Below, piece after piece: positions 23,526 to 34,914 of a stretch of DNA of 64,000 nt. Source of the stretch: Mobula hypostoma (Eukaryota); NCBI RefSeq assembly GCF_963921235.1, contig NC_086097.1, positions 132,372,001 through 132,436,000 on the forward strand, given 5' to 3'. The position numbers were made by a program, and so were the translations under genes. Numbering within the stretch: position 1 is the first letter of the stretch; the number at the start of each line of letters is the position of its first letter. A model generated the notes under the pieces. The model saw only the letters and a list, made by a program, of their open reading frames with translations. It had not been told where the DNA came from and searched no databases.

Positions 23526-25444
23526 TAAATATATCCAAATGCCAGACCATCTGCACAAACAGCTGTCCTGTCTTTGCAGCTGTGATTTACTGGACTGCTT
23601 ATTATACCCCCACACCCGTCCCCAAATGTCCTGAGAACACTACCACCAGCTGGCCCACCGCTCACTCTTCAGCCAGGCTGCTGCTAAGATTCATTTCCAC
23701 AGGGCTGGAGAGGGAATGAAGGTTTGAGGGTGTGTGGTTGTGTAGCTGGGGCAGAGAAGTAGTTGTGTGAAGGTGTGGAGACTGAAGATCAGTATACCAA
23801 GGGAAGGAGAGGCAGAGAGATGCCAAGGAGCAGACTGTATGAAACGGGGGGAAATATGGGGTTTAGGGGGTTGGGGGGAATTCTGAGTAAGGGTGAATTG
23901 AACTCGCATTAAAACTAATTTTAGGCTTTGACTGGAACTAAAACTGAGTCCATCATCAACTTTACCTGCTGTCACTCTCTCAGAGTGTTTTGTGGGGCAG
24001 GGCCTCTCTTTCTTCACATCTGGAGCAGGTGGGAACCACAGATGGCTGCTCCTGCCTTGAGAACACACACCACCAAGCTCAAGGATAGCTTCTATCCCAC
24101 TATTATTAGATTCTTGTATGGACCTCTGTGCGATAAATCTGAACTATTGGCGCCCACTCCCACTCCTACTCCTACATCCAATTCCACTCCCATATTTAAA
24201 ATATATACTTCATGACATATCTTTGAGTCTGTGTATTGGGAGGGGTGCAAGAAACCCAGTCCTTGTAAACACCCCAGTCTTTGAAACTTCCAGGTGCTGG
24301 ACTGTATCACCAGAAAAGGGGCATCAACAGGTATTTGTTTGGCTCAGATATCACATCATGATATAATGAGTTATTAGGGTTGGATCAGAAGATTCATGAT
24401 TGCCTACAAGGAAGGGTGCAAGGCCAACACTCCAAGTGATGTTTTAGGAAGTTTAAAATTACTGCAAGTAAGGAGGCGTAGAGGACAAAACCTGAATTAC
24501 AGAAGGATGCTGAACAACTGTGACAGGGCTTGAATGCTATTACCTCCTACAAAGTAAAACCAAGTGACACTTGTGACAGCAGGTTTCACTCCCAGATGAG
24601 CTCAGCGCCTTTCATGCTCGCTTTGAATGACAAAACATGGAGACATCTTCACAAATTTCCACAGTCCCTGACGACACTGTGATTTCAGTTTCTGAGGTCA
24701 ACATAAGCAGAGTATCCCTCAGGAGGGTGAACCCACAGAAAGTATCTGGCCCAGGCAGTCTCTACTTTCTTAGAGATTTTCTTTGTGAAGATTCAGCATG
24801 TCTTCTAAAATTTCGATCAACTTCTATAGATGCGTGGAGGAGATTGTCCTGACAAACTTTGTATCTCAACCTGGTATGGAAATACTACTGCGCTTGAACA
24901 GAACAGACAACAAAACGTAGCCCAGTCCATCATGGGTAAAGCCCTTTCCTCCATTGAGCACATGTACAAGGTATAGTGAAGCAGAAAAGCAGCATCGATC
25001 GTCGAAGACCTGCACCATCCAGGCCGCATTCTCTTCTTGCTGTTGCCATCAGCAAGGAGGTAAAGGAGCTTGGGTTCCACTCCATCCGGTTCAGGAACAG
25101 TCATTACCCCTCCGCCATTAGGCTGTTGAACCAAAGGGGATAACTTCATTTAATATCACTTACCCCTACACTGAACCAATTCCACAACCTATGCACTAAA
25201 TTTCAAGGACTCCACAACTCATGTTCTCAATATTTACTGCTCATTTATTTATTACTATTATTTTTTTTTCTTTTTTGTATTTGCACAGTTTGTTGTCTTT
25301 TGCACATTGTTTGCTTGCCTATCTTGTTGTGTCCAGGTTTTCATTGATCCTAAACACAAAATAATCTGCAGATGCTGAGGTCAAAGCAACACTCACAACA
25401 CGCTGGAGGAACTCAGCAGGTCGGGCAGCATCTGTGGGAAAGAT

Positions 25445-25482
25445 CGGTCGACGTTTCGGGCCGGAACTCTTCGTCAGGACTG
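25445..25482 (-). ncRNA. Minimal type I hammerhead ribozyme motif, core intact
   Basis: The minus strand reads CAGTC CTGACGA A GAGTTCCGGCCC GAAA C GTC GACCG, with one mismatch each in stems I and II. Confidence 0.75.
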
Positions 25483-26052
25483 AAGAGGGAGGGGGCAGAG
25501 GCCCTATAAAGAAGGTGGGCGGAGGGTGGGAAGGAGAAGGCTGGTAGGTTCCAGGTGAAAAACCAGTAAGGGGAAAGATAAAGGGGTGGGGGAGGGGAAG
25601 CAGGGAGGGGATAGGCAGGAAAGGTGAAGAAGGAATAGGGGAAAACACAATGGGTAGTAGAAGGAGGCAGAACCATGGGGAACCATAAGCAACACCTCAT
25701 ATACTGTCTAGGCCCCTTGACAGGCCTCATATACTGTCTAGGCCTCCAGCCCCTTGGTATGAGCATAGAATTTTCCAACTTCCAACAATTCCCTCCCCCT
25801 CCCTTCCCCTATCCCTATGTCACTCTGCCCCCTCCCCCAGCCGCCTATCACCTCCCTTATGGTTCCGCCTCCTTCTACTACCCATTGGGTTTTCCCCTAA
25901 TCTTTCTTCACTTTTCCTGCCTATCATCTCCCTGCTTCCCCTCCCCCACCCCTTTATCTTTCCCCTTACTGGTTTTTCACCTGGAACCTACCAGCCTTCT
26001 CCTTCCCACCCTTCCCCCACCTTCTTTATAGGGCCTCTGCCCCTTTCCTCTA

Positions 26053-26090
26053 CAGTCCTGACGAAGGGTTCTGGCCCGAAACGTCGACCA
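26053..26090 (+). ncRNA. Minimal type I hammerhead ribozyme motif, core intact
   Basis: CAGTC CTGACGA A GGGTT-CT-GGCCC GAAA C GTC^ GACCA has the CUGANGA and GAAA boxes, a GUC triplet, stem II and a palindromic ACGT stem III. Confidence 0.8.
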
Positions 26091-26769
26091 ATCTTTCCCA
26101 CGGATGCTGCCCGACCTGCTGAGTTCCTCCAGCGTGTTGTGAGTGTTTCACTGATCCTGTTGTGTTTCTTTGTATTTACCATGAATACCCACAAGAAAAT
26201 GAATCTCAGGGATGTATATGGTGACGTATATGCACTTTGATAATGAAATTAGATTGAACTTTGACAATTTGCCAACATTCATTGCTACATTCTGGACTAT
26301 AACAGCTGAGAGACTACAAGGAGCAGATTCTGTTGTGATTTGTACGTGTAGTGCAAATATTTGTAGGAATATGCAGGTTAGCAAGGCAGGAGACATGATT
26401 CAAAAAAACAACACAGGTATAATGGTCAATAATCCTACTTGAATTACATGATTCTGCATGTTCTATGACTTCAGTATGAAGAGCTTATTTTGCTGTAAAT
26501 TACATCCTTTTGTATTGATTATGTAATCCTCCCTCAGCAATGGAAAGCTACACACCATCTCTTGCACTACTATGGACTTGTCTGACTTGTTTTACAGTCT
26601 TTTATATCTCTTCATTGCCTTGTATAATTGATATGTAACAAATATATAATTTATATTCTTGTATGTTTTCTGTAACTATGTGTCTGTGACGATGTTGCAA
26701 GTGAGTTTTTCATTGTACTTGTATCTCACCATACTTGTGCATGTGATATTAAACTTGACCTATACATTA

Positions 26770-27316
26770 TCAAGTACCTCCTTTGTTGAGCATCTCCACG
26801 CATTCCACCACAAGAGGGACTTCCGAGTGGCCGAACATTTTAATTCCCATACCCATTCCACAGTGTTGATCCATGGCTTTCTCTTCTGCCAAGATGAGGC
26901 CACCCTCAAGGTGGAGGAGCAACACCTTATATTCTATCTGGGTACCCTCCAACCTGATGGTATGAATATCAATTTCTCCTTCGGATGAATATATTTCCCC
27001 TCCCCCTTCTTCTTTCACTTCTTCTCACCTGCCTGTTACCTCCCCCGGGTCCCCTCCTCCTTCTCTTTCTCCTATTGTCCACTCTCTTCTCCTATCAGGT
27101 TCTTTCTTCTCCAGCCCTTTACCTTTCCCACCCACTTCTCTTCACCTATCACCTTCTGGATAGCCTCTTTCCCCTCCCTCCACCTTTTTATTCTGGCATC
27201 TTTTCCCTTCCTTCTCAGTCCTGAAGAAGATTCTCAACCTGGAACATCGCCTGTTTATTCTTTTCCATAGATGCTGCTTGACCTGCTGAGTTGCTCCAGT
27301 GTTTTGTGTGTGTTAC
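26770..27316 (+). mobile_element. PLE 3' fragment
   Basis: Reads FVEHL..DFRVAEHFNS..EATLKVEEQHLIFYLGTLQPDGMNINFS, then a pyrimidine tract and a degenerate hammerhead at 27216-27253. Confidence 0.9.
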
Positions 27317-28946
27317 TTAGAAATTATGAGATGCTTTGATGTGACAGATCTAGAGGAGATTTCTTTCACTTACAAGAGGGCTGGGTCCAACTAATAAAAT
27401 AGTCATTCACAAATCTATTGAGGGATTCAGAAGAAACTCTTAATAATGAGTGTCATGGGATTGTGGTGCTCACAAATGTACAAGGAGATTTGCTGTGTAG
27501 AGAACAGCTACATTTTAGAGAAGAGTGATTAACATGCTGGAGAGATAAAATTGTTGATGGGGTGACATCCAAAGTGAAATAAAAGTTGATGCATGGTAAA
27601 AACATCAGTATAAAAATTCCCACTCATCCTCTCTTCTGCTCCCTTCCATAAGGCAGAAGATGCAAAAGCCAGAGAAGGCATTCCACCAAGCTCAAACACA
27701 GCTTTGATCCCTCTGATATCAAACTCTTGAACTATATACGATAAAGATGAACCACTTTAAGCACTTTGCTAAATGCATGTGATGCCTCTGCAAGTAAGTT
27801 TTTCATTGCACCTGTGCATACACGAACCTGTCCATGTTCAATAAACCCAGCTTCGATGTTGACTCTGGAAACGTGTTTTCCTTATGAATGTAGTGGATCT
27901 ACTGCTGTATATCTGTGAGGCAGATTGGGGAAAAGAAAGTCTTGAGTTTTACTACTTCTTCTAAAAGTTGGTCCACTGAACAGTTTCAGACTGATGATTG
28001 AATCTGCCCTTCACTGCACATAAAAGTGGACAAAGCTGTAGTGTACCTCAACAATAAAACAGGGGTTCTTGACCTCGGAGATTCTTCAGCAGCTGCAGAG
28101 ACTCCTTCATGCAGCAATTCAGTGGATCTGATTCAATGTGTTTCAATTAATACTTATGCAATAATACTCTGTTAAACAATGTAACAGCAATCCTTTTAGT
28201 ATTTTTAACTTGCCCGAGATCACAGGGAAAATATGAGGTTGCACATCAGAATTGAACCTGAGCCTCTGGTGCTGCGAAGCAGCCTCCTACTTGTCCTTTG
28301 GGCCAAGTATCCCAGGTTCCGTATGGCCAATCTGAAAGCAAAGGTGCAAGACAAGTACCACAGCAGCGTTGCGGTTAGCGTGATGTTATTACTGCTCAGG
28401 TTGTCGGAGTTCATAGTTCAATTAGTTCAGTCGCAGTTGAATAAGCAACCCCTCCCTTTCAGGGATTGCAATTTCCTAGAGACAATTTTTCCTGGTTTCA
28501 AAGATATGTTTAGAATTTCTCATTTAAACTTGGATCAAGAGAGTTAAGTTTTGGAACACATTTACACTGGTCATAATGAATTTTATTATGTTTTACAATT
28601 CGGTTACTTCAAATAAAGTTTCATAAAACAGAACATACATGAAAATAAATTTCAAATTATTATGAGATGAAAGTGATTGGGCACGATGACTTGTCCAGCT
28701 CCTCCAATATTGTCCATAAGGTCAATCTAGGCACTTGTATTTAGTTAAAGCAAAGGCATCATGGAGAAACAACAGCCGACCTCTAACAGGGTTATAACAT
28801 AAAACATTGAACAGGATCAGACCATTCAGACCATTCAGCCCACCATGTGTTTGTCAGCAATAATACCAATTTAAAATGCAAATTTGCCTGCACATGGTCT
28901 ATATCCCTCCACCCACAGCCTGTTCATATTGTATATCTGACTAAAT

Positions 28947-31900
28947 CCCTGACTCCCTGGCCTTTACCATTATCATGGAAAAGGATAGAATCAGAGAGGA
29001 CAGGAAAATTTTTACTTGGGGAAGGGCAAATTATGAGGCTATAAGGCTAGAACTTGCGGGTGTGAATTGGGATGATGTTTTTGCAGGGAAATGTACTATG
29101 GACATGTGGTCGATGTTTAGGGATCTCTTGCAGGACGTTAGGGCAAAATTTGTCCCAGTGAGGAAGATAAAGAATGGTAGGGTGAAGGAACCATGGGTGA
29201 CAAGTGAGGTGGAAAATCTAGTCAGGTGGAAGAAGGCAGCATACATGAGGTTCAGGGAGCAAGGATCAAATGGGTCTATTGAGGAATATAGGGTAGCAAG
29301 AAAGAAGCTTAAGAAGGGGCTGAGGAGAGCAAGAAGGGGGCATGAGAAGGCCTTGGCAAGAAGGGTAATGGAAAATCCCAAGGCATTCTTCAATTATGTG
29401 AAGAATAAAACAATGACAGGAGTGAAGATAGGACCAAATAGAGATAAAGATGGGAAGATGTGCCTGGAGGCTGTGGAAGTGAACGAGGTCCTCAATGAAT
29501 ACTTCTCTTCGGTATTCACCAATGAGAGGGAACTTGATGATGGTGAGGACAATACGAGTGAGGTTAATGTTCTGGAGCAAGTTGATATTAAGGGAGAGGA
29601 GGTACTGGAGTTGTTAAAATACATTAGGATGGATAAGTCCCCGGGGCCTGACGGAATATTCCCAAGACTGCTCCACGAGGCGAGGAAAGAGATTGCTGAG
29701 CCTCTGGCTAGGATCTTTATGTCCTCCTTGTCCACAGGAATGGTACTGGAGGATTGGAGAGAGGCGAATGTTGTCCCTTTGTTCAAAAGAGGTAGTAGGG
29801 ATAGTCCGGGTAATTATAGACCAGTGAGCCTTACATCTGTTGTGGGAAAGCTGTTGGAAAATATTCTTAGAGATAGGATCTATGGGCATTTAGAGAATCA
29901 TGGTCTGATCAGGGACAGTCAGCATGGCTTTGTGAAGGGCAGATCATGTCTAACAAGCTTGATAGAGTTCTTTGAGGAGGTGACCAGCCATATAGATGAG
30001 GGTAGTGCAGTGGATGTGATCTACATGGATTTTAGTAAGGCATTTGACAAGGTTCCACATGGTAGGCTTATTTAAAAAGTCAGAAGGTATGGGATCCAGG
30101 GAAATTTGGCCAGGTGGATTCAGAATTGGCTTGCCTGCAGGAAGCAGAGGGTCGTGGTGGAGGGAGTACATTTGGACTGGAGGGTTGTGACTAGCGGTGT
30201 CCCACAAGGATTGGTTCTGGGACCTCTAGAAACCATAGAAACCATAGAAACTACAGCACAGAAACAGGCCTTTTGGTCCTTCTTGGCTGTCCCGAACCAT
30301 TTTCTGCCTAGTCCCACTGACCTGCACACGGACCATATCCCTCCATACACCTCCCATCCATGTATCTGTCCAATTTATTCTTAAATGTTAAAAAAGAACC
30401 CACATTTACCACCTCATCTGGCAGCTCATTCCATACTCCCACCACTCTCTGTGTGAAGAAGCCCCCCTTAATGTTCCCTTTAAACCTTTCCCCCCTCACC
30501 CTTAACCCGTGTCCTCTGGTTTTTTTCTCCCCTTCCCTCAGTGGAAAAAGCCTGCTTGCATTCACTCTATCTATACCCATCATAATTTTATATACCTCTA
30601 TCAAATCACCCCTCATTCTTCTACGCTCCAGGGAATAAAGTCCTGACCTATTCAACCTTTCTCTGTAACTGAGTTTCTCAAGTCCCGGCAACATCCTTGT
30701 AAACCTTCTCTGCACTCTTTCAACCTTATTTATATCCTTCTGTAATTTGGTGACCAAAACTGAACACAATACTCCAGATTCGGCCTCACCAATGCCTTAT
30801 ACAACCTCATCATAATATTCCAGCTCTTATACTCAATACTTTGATTAATAAAGGCCAATGTACTAAAAGCTCTCTTTACGACCCTATCTACTTGTGACGC
30901 CACTTTTAGGGAATTTTGTATCTGTATTCCCAGATCCCTCTGTTCTACTGCACTCCTCAGTGCCTTACCATTAACCCTGTATGTTCTACATTGGTTTGTG
31001 CCAGTTTTCAGCCTATTTTTCCAGCTGGTCCAAGTCCCTTTGCAGGCTCTGAAAACCTTCCTCACTGTCTACTACACCTCCAATCTTTGTATCATCAGCA
31101 AATTTGCTGATCCAATTTACCACATTATCATCCAGATCATTGATATAGATGACAAATAACAATGGACCCAGCACTGATCCCTGTGGCACACCACTAGTCA
31201 CAGGCCTCCACTCAGAGAAGCAATTCTCTACCACGACTCTTTGACTTCTTCCATTGAGCCAATGTCTAATCCAATTTACCACCTCTCCATGTATACCTAG
31301 CGACTGAATTTTCCTAACTAACCTCCCATGCAGGACTTTTCGTGATTTTTATTAACAACCTGGATGTGGAGGTAGAAGGGTGGGTTGGCAAGTTTGAAGA
31401 CGACACAAAGGTTGGTGGGGTTGTGGATAGTGTAGAGGATTGTCAAAGATTGCAGAGAGACATTGATAAGATGCAGAAGTGGGCTGAGAAGTGGCAGATG
31501 GAGTTCAACCCGGAGAAGTGTGAGGTGGTAAACTTTGGAAGGACAAATTCCAAGGCAGAGTACAAAGTAAATGGCAGGATACTTGGAAGTGTGGAGGAGC
31601 AGAGGGATCTGGGGGTACATGTCCATAGATCCCTGAAAGTTGCCTCACAGGTTGATAGGGTAGTTAAGAAAGCTTATGGAGTGTTAGTTTTCATAAGTCG
31701 TGGGATAGAGTTTAAGAGTCGCGGCGTAATGATGCAGCTCTATAAAACTCTGGTTAGGCCACACTTGGAGTACTGTGTCCAGTTCTGGTCGCCTCACTAT
31801 AGGAAGGATGTGGAAGCATTGGAAAGGGTACAGGGGAGATTTACCAGTATGCTGCCTGGTTTAGAGAGTATGCATTATGATCAGAGATTAAGGGAGCTAG

Positions 31901-32264
31901 GGATTTACTCTCTGGAGAGAAAGATATTAAGAGGAATAGATAGAGTGGACAGCCAGCACCTCTTCCCCAGGGCACCACTGCTCAATACAAGAGGACATGG
32001 CTTTAAGGTAAGGGGTGGGAAGTTCAAGGGGGATATTAGAGGAAGGTTTTTTACTCAGAGAGTGGTCGGTGCATGGAATACACTGCCTGAGTCAGTGGTG
32101 GAGGCAGATACACTAGTGAAGTTTGAGAGACTACTAGACAGGTATATGGAGGAATTTAAGGTGGGGGGTTATATGGGAGGCAGGGTTTAAGGGTCGGCAC
32201 AACATTGTGGGCCGAAGGGCCTGTACTGTGCTCTTCTATTCTATGTTCTATGTTCTATGTTCTA
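28947..32264 (+). mobile_element. CR1 copy D, from the end of the endonuclease to the 3' tail, interrupted by copy E
   Basis: ORFs 28975-30075 (premature TAA, frame continues to 30228) and 31336-32190. FADD is mutated to FEDD. Tail is (TTCTATG)n. TSD CTAAAT at 28941-28946 and 32262-32267. Confidence 0.95.
30229..31335 (-). mobile_element. CR1 copy E, 5'-truncated, inserted antisense in the RT of copy D
   Basis: Minus-strand ORFs contain [20 protein letters not shown] and LEYCVQFWSP. A (GGTTTCTAT)n tail lies at ~30227-30251. Confidence 0.95.
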
Positions 32265-32324
32265 AATGCCTCTTAAGCATTGTAGTTTTATCTGCTCTCA
32301 CCACTATCCCTGGCAATGTTGAAA

Positions 32325-32748
32325 GCTGTACAGCAAAGGAAATGAAAGGCTACCCTCAGAAGATCCCAGGTTAAATCCCATTCCAGAAAGACGTCTACAA
32401 AAATCTAGGCTCACACTTCAATGCTGTACTGAGGGGATGCTATGCTGTTAGCAATCTTGTCTTTAAAATGAGCCTTTAAACCAAAGCGCCATCTGTTTTC
32501 TCAGTCCGATGTAAACATTTCCCTGGCACCACTTCAAAGAAGAAAATTCCTTGAGCAATATTTATCTTACACTCAGGATTTCTAAAAGAAAATTAACTGG
32601 ACTTTATTGCACTGATTTTTTTTTTGGGAGCTTCCCGTATGTGAATTATCAAACATGTTTCCTGTTTCACAAAAGTACTTGATGGACCATAAAGTATTTG
32701 GATGTCTCAAAAGGCTAGGAAAGGCCCTGCTTAAATGGAAGTCTTTCA
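32325..32748 (+). mobile_element. DeuSINE (SacSINE1-like), nearly full length but diverged
   Basis: GTACTGAGGGGATGCT...TTAAACCAAAGCGCCATCTG..CTCAG..GATGTAAA...GGCAC..TTCAAAGAAGA...AATATTTATC...AAAAGTACTT...AAGTCTTTC follows the Deu-domain and tail order as recalled. Confidence 0.65.
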
Positions 32749-32829
32749 ATCATGTTGGATTTGAATTTGATCAGAACCCCACCCCATTCCCCCCACCCTG
32801 CATTACATCTGACTTTAATGTAAATGCTT

Positions 32830-33040
32830 GGAGACACAGGAGACTGCTGACGTTGAAATCCGGAGCCACACACAATCTGCTGGAAGAACTCAGCAGGTTG
32901 AGCAGCATCTGTGAGAGGGAACTAATTGTAAAGGTTGTAGGTTCAAACCCTGCATCAGGACTTGACCTAAAACATCAACAATTCTCACAGAAGCTGCTCA
33001 ACCCTTTGAATTTCTCCAGCACATTGTCTGTTGCTCTTAA
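32830..33040. mobile_element. Fold-back mini-element made of two inverted PLE termini
   Basis: A minus-strand terminus (32830-32962) is joined at the decayed hammerhead to a plus-strand terminus (32960-33040). Confidence 0.7.
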
Positions 33041-33913
33041 TGTAAATCTTGATGGGCTTGTCTAAAAGACACCACAGCGCTCCCTCAGTATAACACTGAA
33101 ATGTCAAGCTGTTAGATGTTACATGTGCTCACTGGGGTACTCATTTGAGATGCAGAAAATTACAAAAGATTCAAGAGCAGTAATGCAAAACGCAAAGTTT
33201 CCATCCTGAACACAGTTGTCCCAGTCATAAGAAAAGGTATTTGTACTCTAGACGGAAACTCCAAAACTCTGGGACACAGCTATATAAGGAAAAGACCTGT
33301 ACGAGTTACAGCCAAAGATAATCTCAAATATTCTGCCTTGTTCCATGCTTGGAAGCTCCAGTAGTGGTTTAACCTCACGTTCAAAAATCAGACCTGGAAA
33401 ATTTGAATCCACAAACTGAAATAGAAATGAAATTACAGAAGGGGAGTCACTCAGTCTGCAATAATGTTAGCATCCTGCCAGTTCTATTGTGGGCTAGTTA
33501 TTCTGGTTCAATTCTCCTTTTGAGGCCATTTCTGCAAAACCTGTATTTTGAATTGTTGCTAATTACAGGCACAATCATTAGCCCATCAGCAAGAAATTCC
33601 TTTGTTCTCTACAAGGATGGCAAACAATGAGCTAAATCTTTTGCAGGCAAAATTTGATTGACTATGAGCGCAAAGATTAAACGTAACTGATTACCTCCTT
33701 ATTCTACTGCTTACTTTCTATTTAGAAATGCCGACCAATTTCAGGGGACAGTTAAGATATAATCACACAGGACCTGGAATTATATTAAGGCTACTTCCTT
33801 CATTGCAAAGGTCCAGATGAAATTTAGCAACAATCTGATCGTTATGCAATTGCATAAGAAATAGAAGCATTATTTGCATCTGTTTAGTTGGAGCATTATT
33901 TATCCGCATCTAG

Positions 33914-34829
33914 AACAATTCTCCGTAACTTTAGATATCTCCAGTGGGATCTCACCACCAAGCACATCTTTTCCTCCCCCCCGGCCCATCCACTTTCTGC
34001 TTTCTGCAGGGATCACTCCTACATGACTTCCTTGAGCATTCATCCCTCCCTACTGACCTCGCTCCAGGTACTTATTCCTGCAAGCGGAACAAGTGCTACA
34101 CCTGCCCCAGCAATTCCTCCTTCACGACCATTCAGAGCCCCAAGCAGTCCTTCCAGATGAGGCAACACTGCACTGTGAGTCCGTTGGGGTCATATACTGT
34201 GTCCGGTGCTCCTGGTGTGGCCTCGTGTATATTGGTGAGACCTGACATGGATTGAGAGACCGCTTTGCTGAGCGCCTGCCAGAAAAAGCAGGATCTCCCA
34301 GTGGCCACACAGTTCAATTCTGCTTCCCATTTCCATTCCAACATGTCAGTCCATGGCCTCCTCTACTGCTGCAATGAGGCCACACTCAGGTTGGAGGAGC
34401 TACATCTTATATTCCGTCTGAGTAGCTTCCAACCTGATGGCAGGAAGATCGATTTCTTGAACTTTTGGTAATTGCTCCCCTTTGTTCACCATTTTCCATT
34501 CCCATTTTCTTCTCTCAGCTTATCTCCTTACCTGCCCATCATCTCTGCCTTCCCTTTCTTCCATGGTCTTCTGTCCGCTCCTATCAGATTCCCCCTTCTT
34601 TATCTTTTTCACCAATTGACTTCCAAGATCTTCACTCCTCCCTCTCTTCTGGTTTCACCTATCACCTACCACTTTGTACTTCTTCCTCCCCTCCCTCAAT
34701 TTCTTACTCTGACCTCATCTTTTTTCTCCAGTCCTGATGAAGAGTCGTGGCCGAAACATCAACTGTTTACTCTTTTCCATAGGTGCTGCCAGGCCTGCTG
34801 AGTTCCTCCAGCTTTTTGTGTGTGTTGCA
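33914..34829 (+). mobile_element. PLE fragment: Cys-rich linker, GIY-YIG endonuclease and terminal region
   Basis: Reads GTYSCKRNKCYTCP, VIYCVRCSWCGLVYIGET (~34189-34242) and DLPVATQFNS..LRLEELHLIFRLSSFQPDG, with frameshifts. Confidence 0.93.
34729..34765 (+). ncRNA. Hammerhead ribozyme motif, core boxes intact but stems decayed
   Basis: CAGTC CTGATGA A GAGTCGTGGCC GAAA C ATC AACTG. Confidence 0.6.
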
Positions 34830-34914
34830 GCATTAATTGAATATTTGATATCTGTTAACTGTTTTTTTGTCAAGATCAAATGTGGTCTTCAACCTTAACA
34901 CTATTTTTCTGTGG

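Larger units (their letters stand above)
25352..26145. mobile_element. PLE insertion made of two inverted terminal (pseudo-LTR) regions, with a 13-bp TSD
   Basis: Arms 25388-25676 and 25859-26147 are 289 bp with about 16 mismatches by manual count. The GIY-YIG end QHLIYCLG.LQP.GM.IEFSNF lies between them. TSD TTTCATTGATCCT (25339-25351) / TTTCACTGATCCT (26146-26158). Confidence 0.93.
24505..26265 (+). mobile_element. Rex/Babar-type LINE remnant with internal deletions, host of the inverted PLE
   Basis: Decayed GLNAIT.YK..LPDEL.AF.ARFE, KVSGP, LYFLR, LFLLLPSARR and 3' UTR. It resumes after 26146 and ends in a TTGAACTTTGA tail. Confidence 0.75.
28797..32320 (-). mobile_element. Old CR1 3' end split by CR1 copy D (pieces 28797-28946 and 32265-32320)
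   Basis: ...ATATCTGACTAAAT|GCCTCTTAAGCATTG rejoins into a minus-strand CR1 3' end. Confidence 0.7.

Noticed and set aside
23168..23615. Gly/Ser-, Pro- and His-rich ORFs
   Set aside because: They are translations of a hexamer low-complexity repeat that is open in several frames.
25319..26031. Pro/Phe/Leu-rich ORFs
   Set aside because: They come from the pyrimidine tracts of PLE terminal regions.
25352..26145. DNA transposon or MITE with long TIRs
   Set aside because: The arms are PLE terminal regions and the centre encodes the end of GIY-YIG, so the origin is a retroelement.
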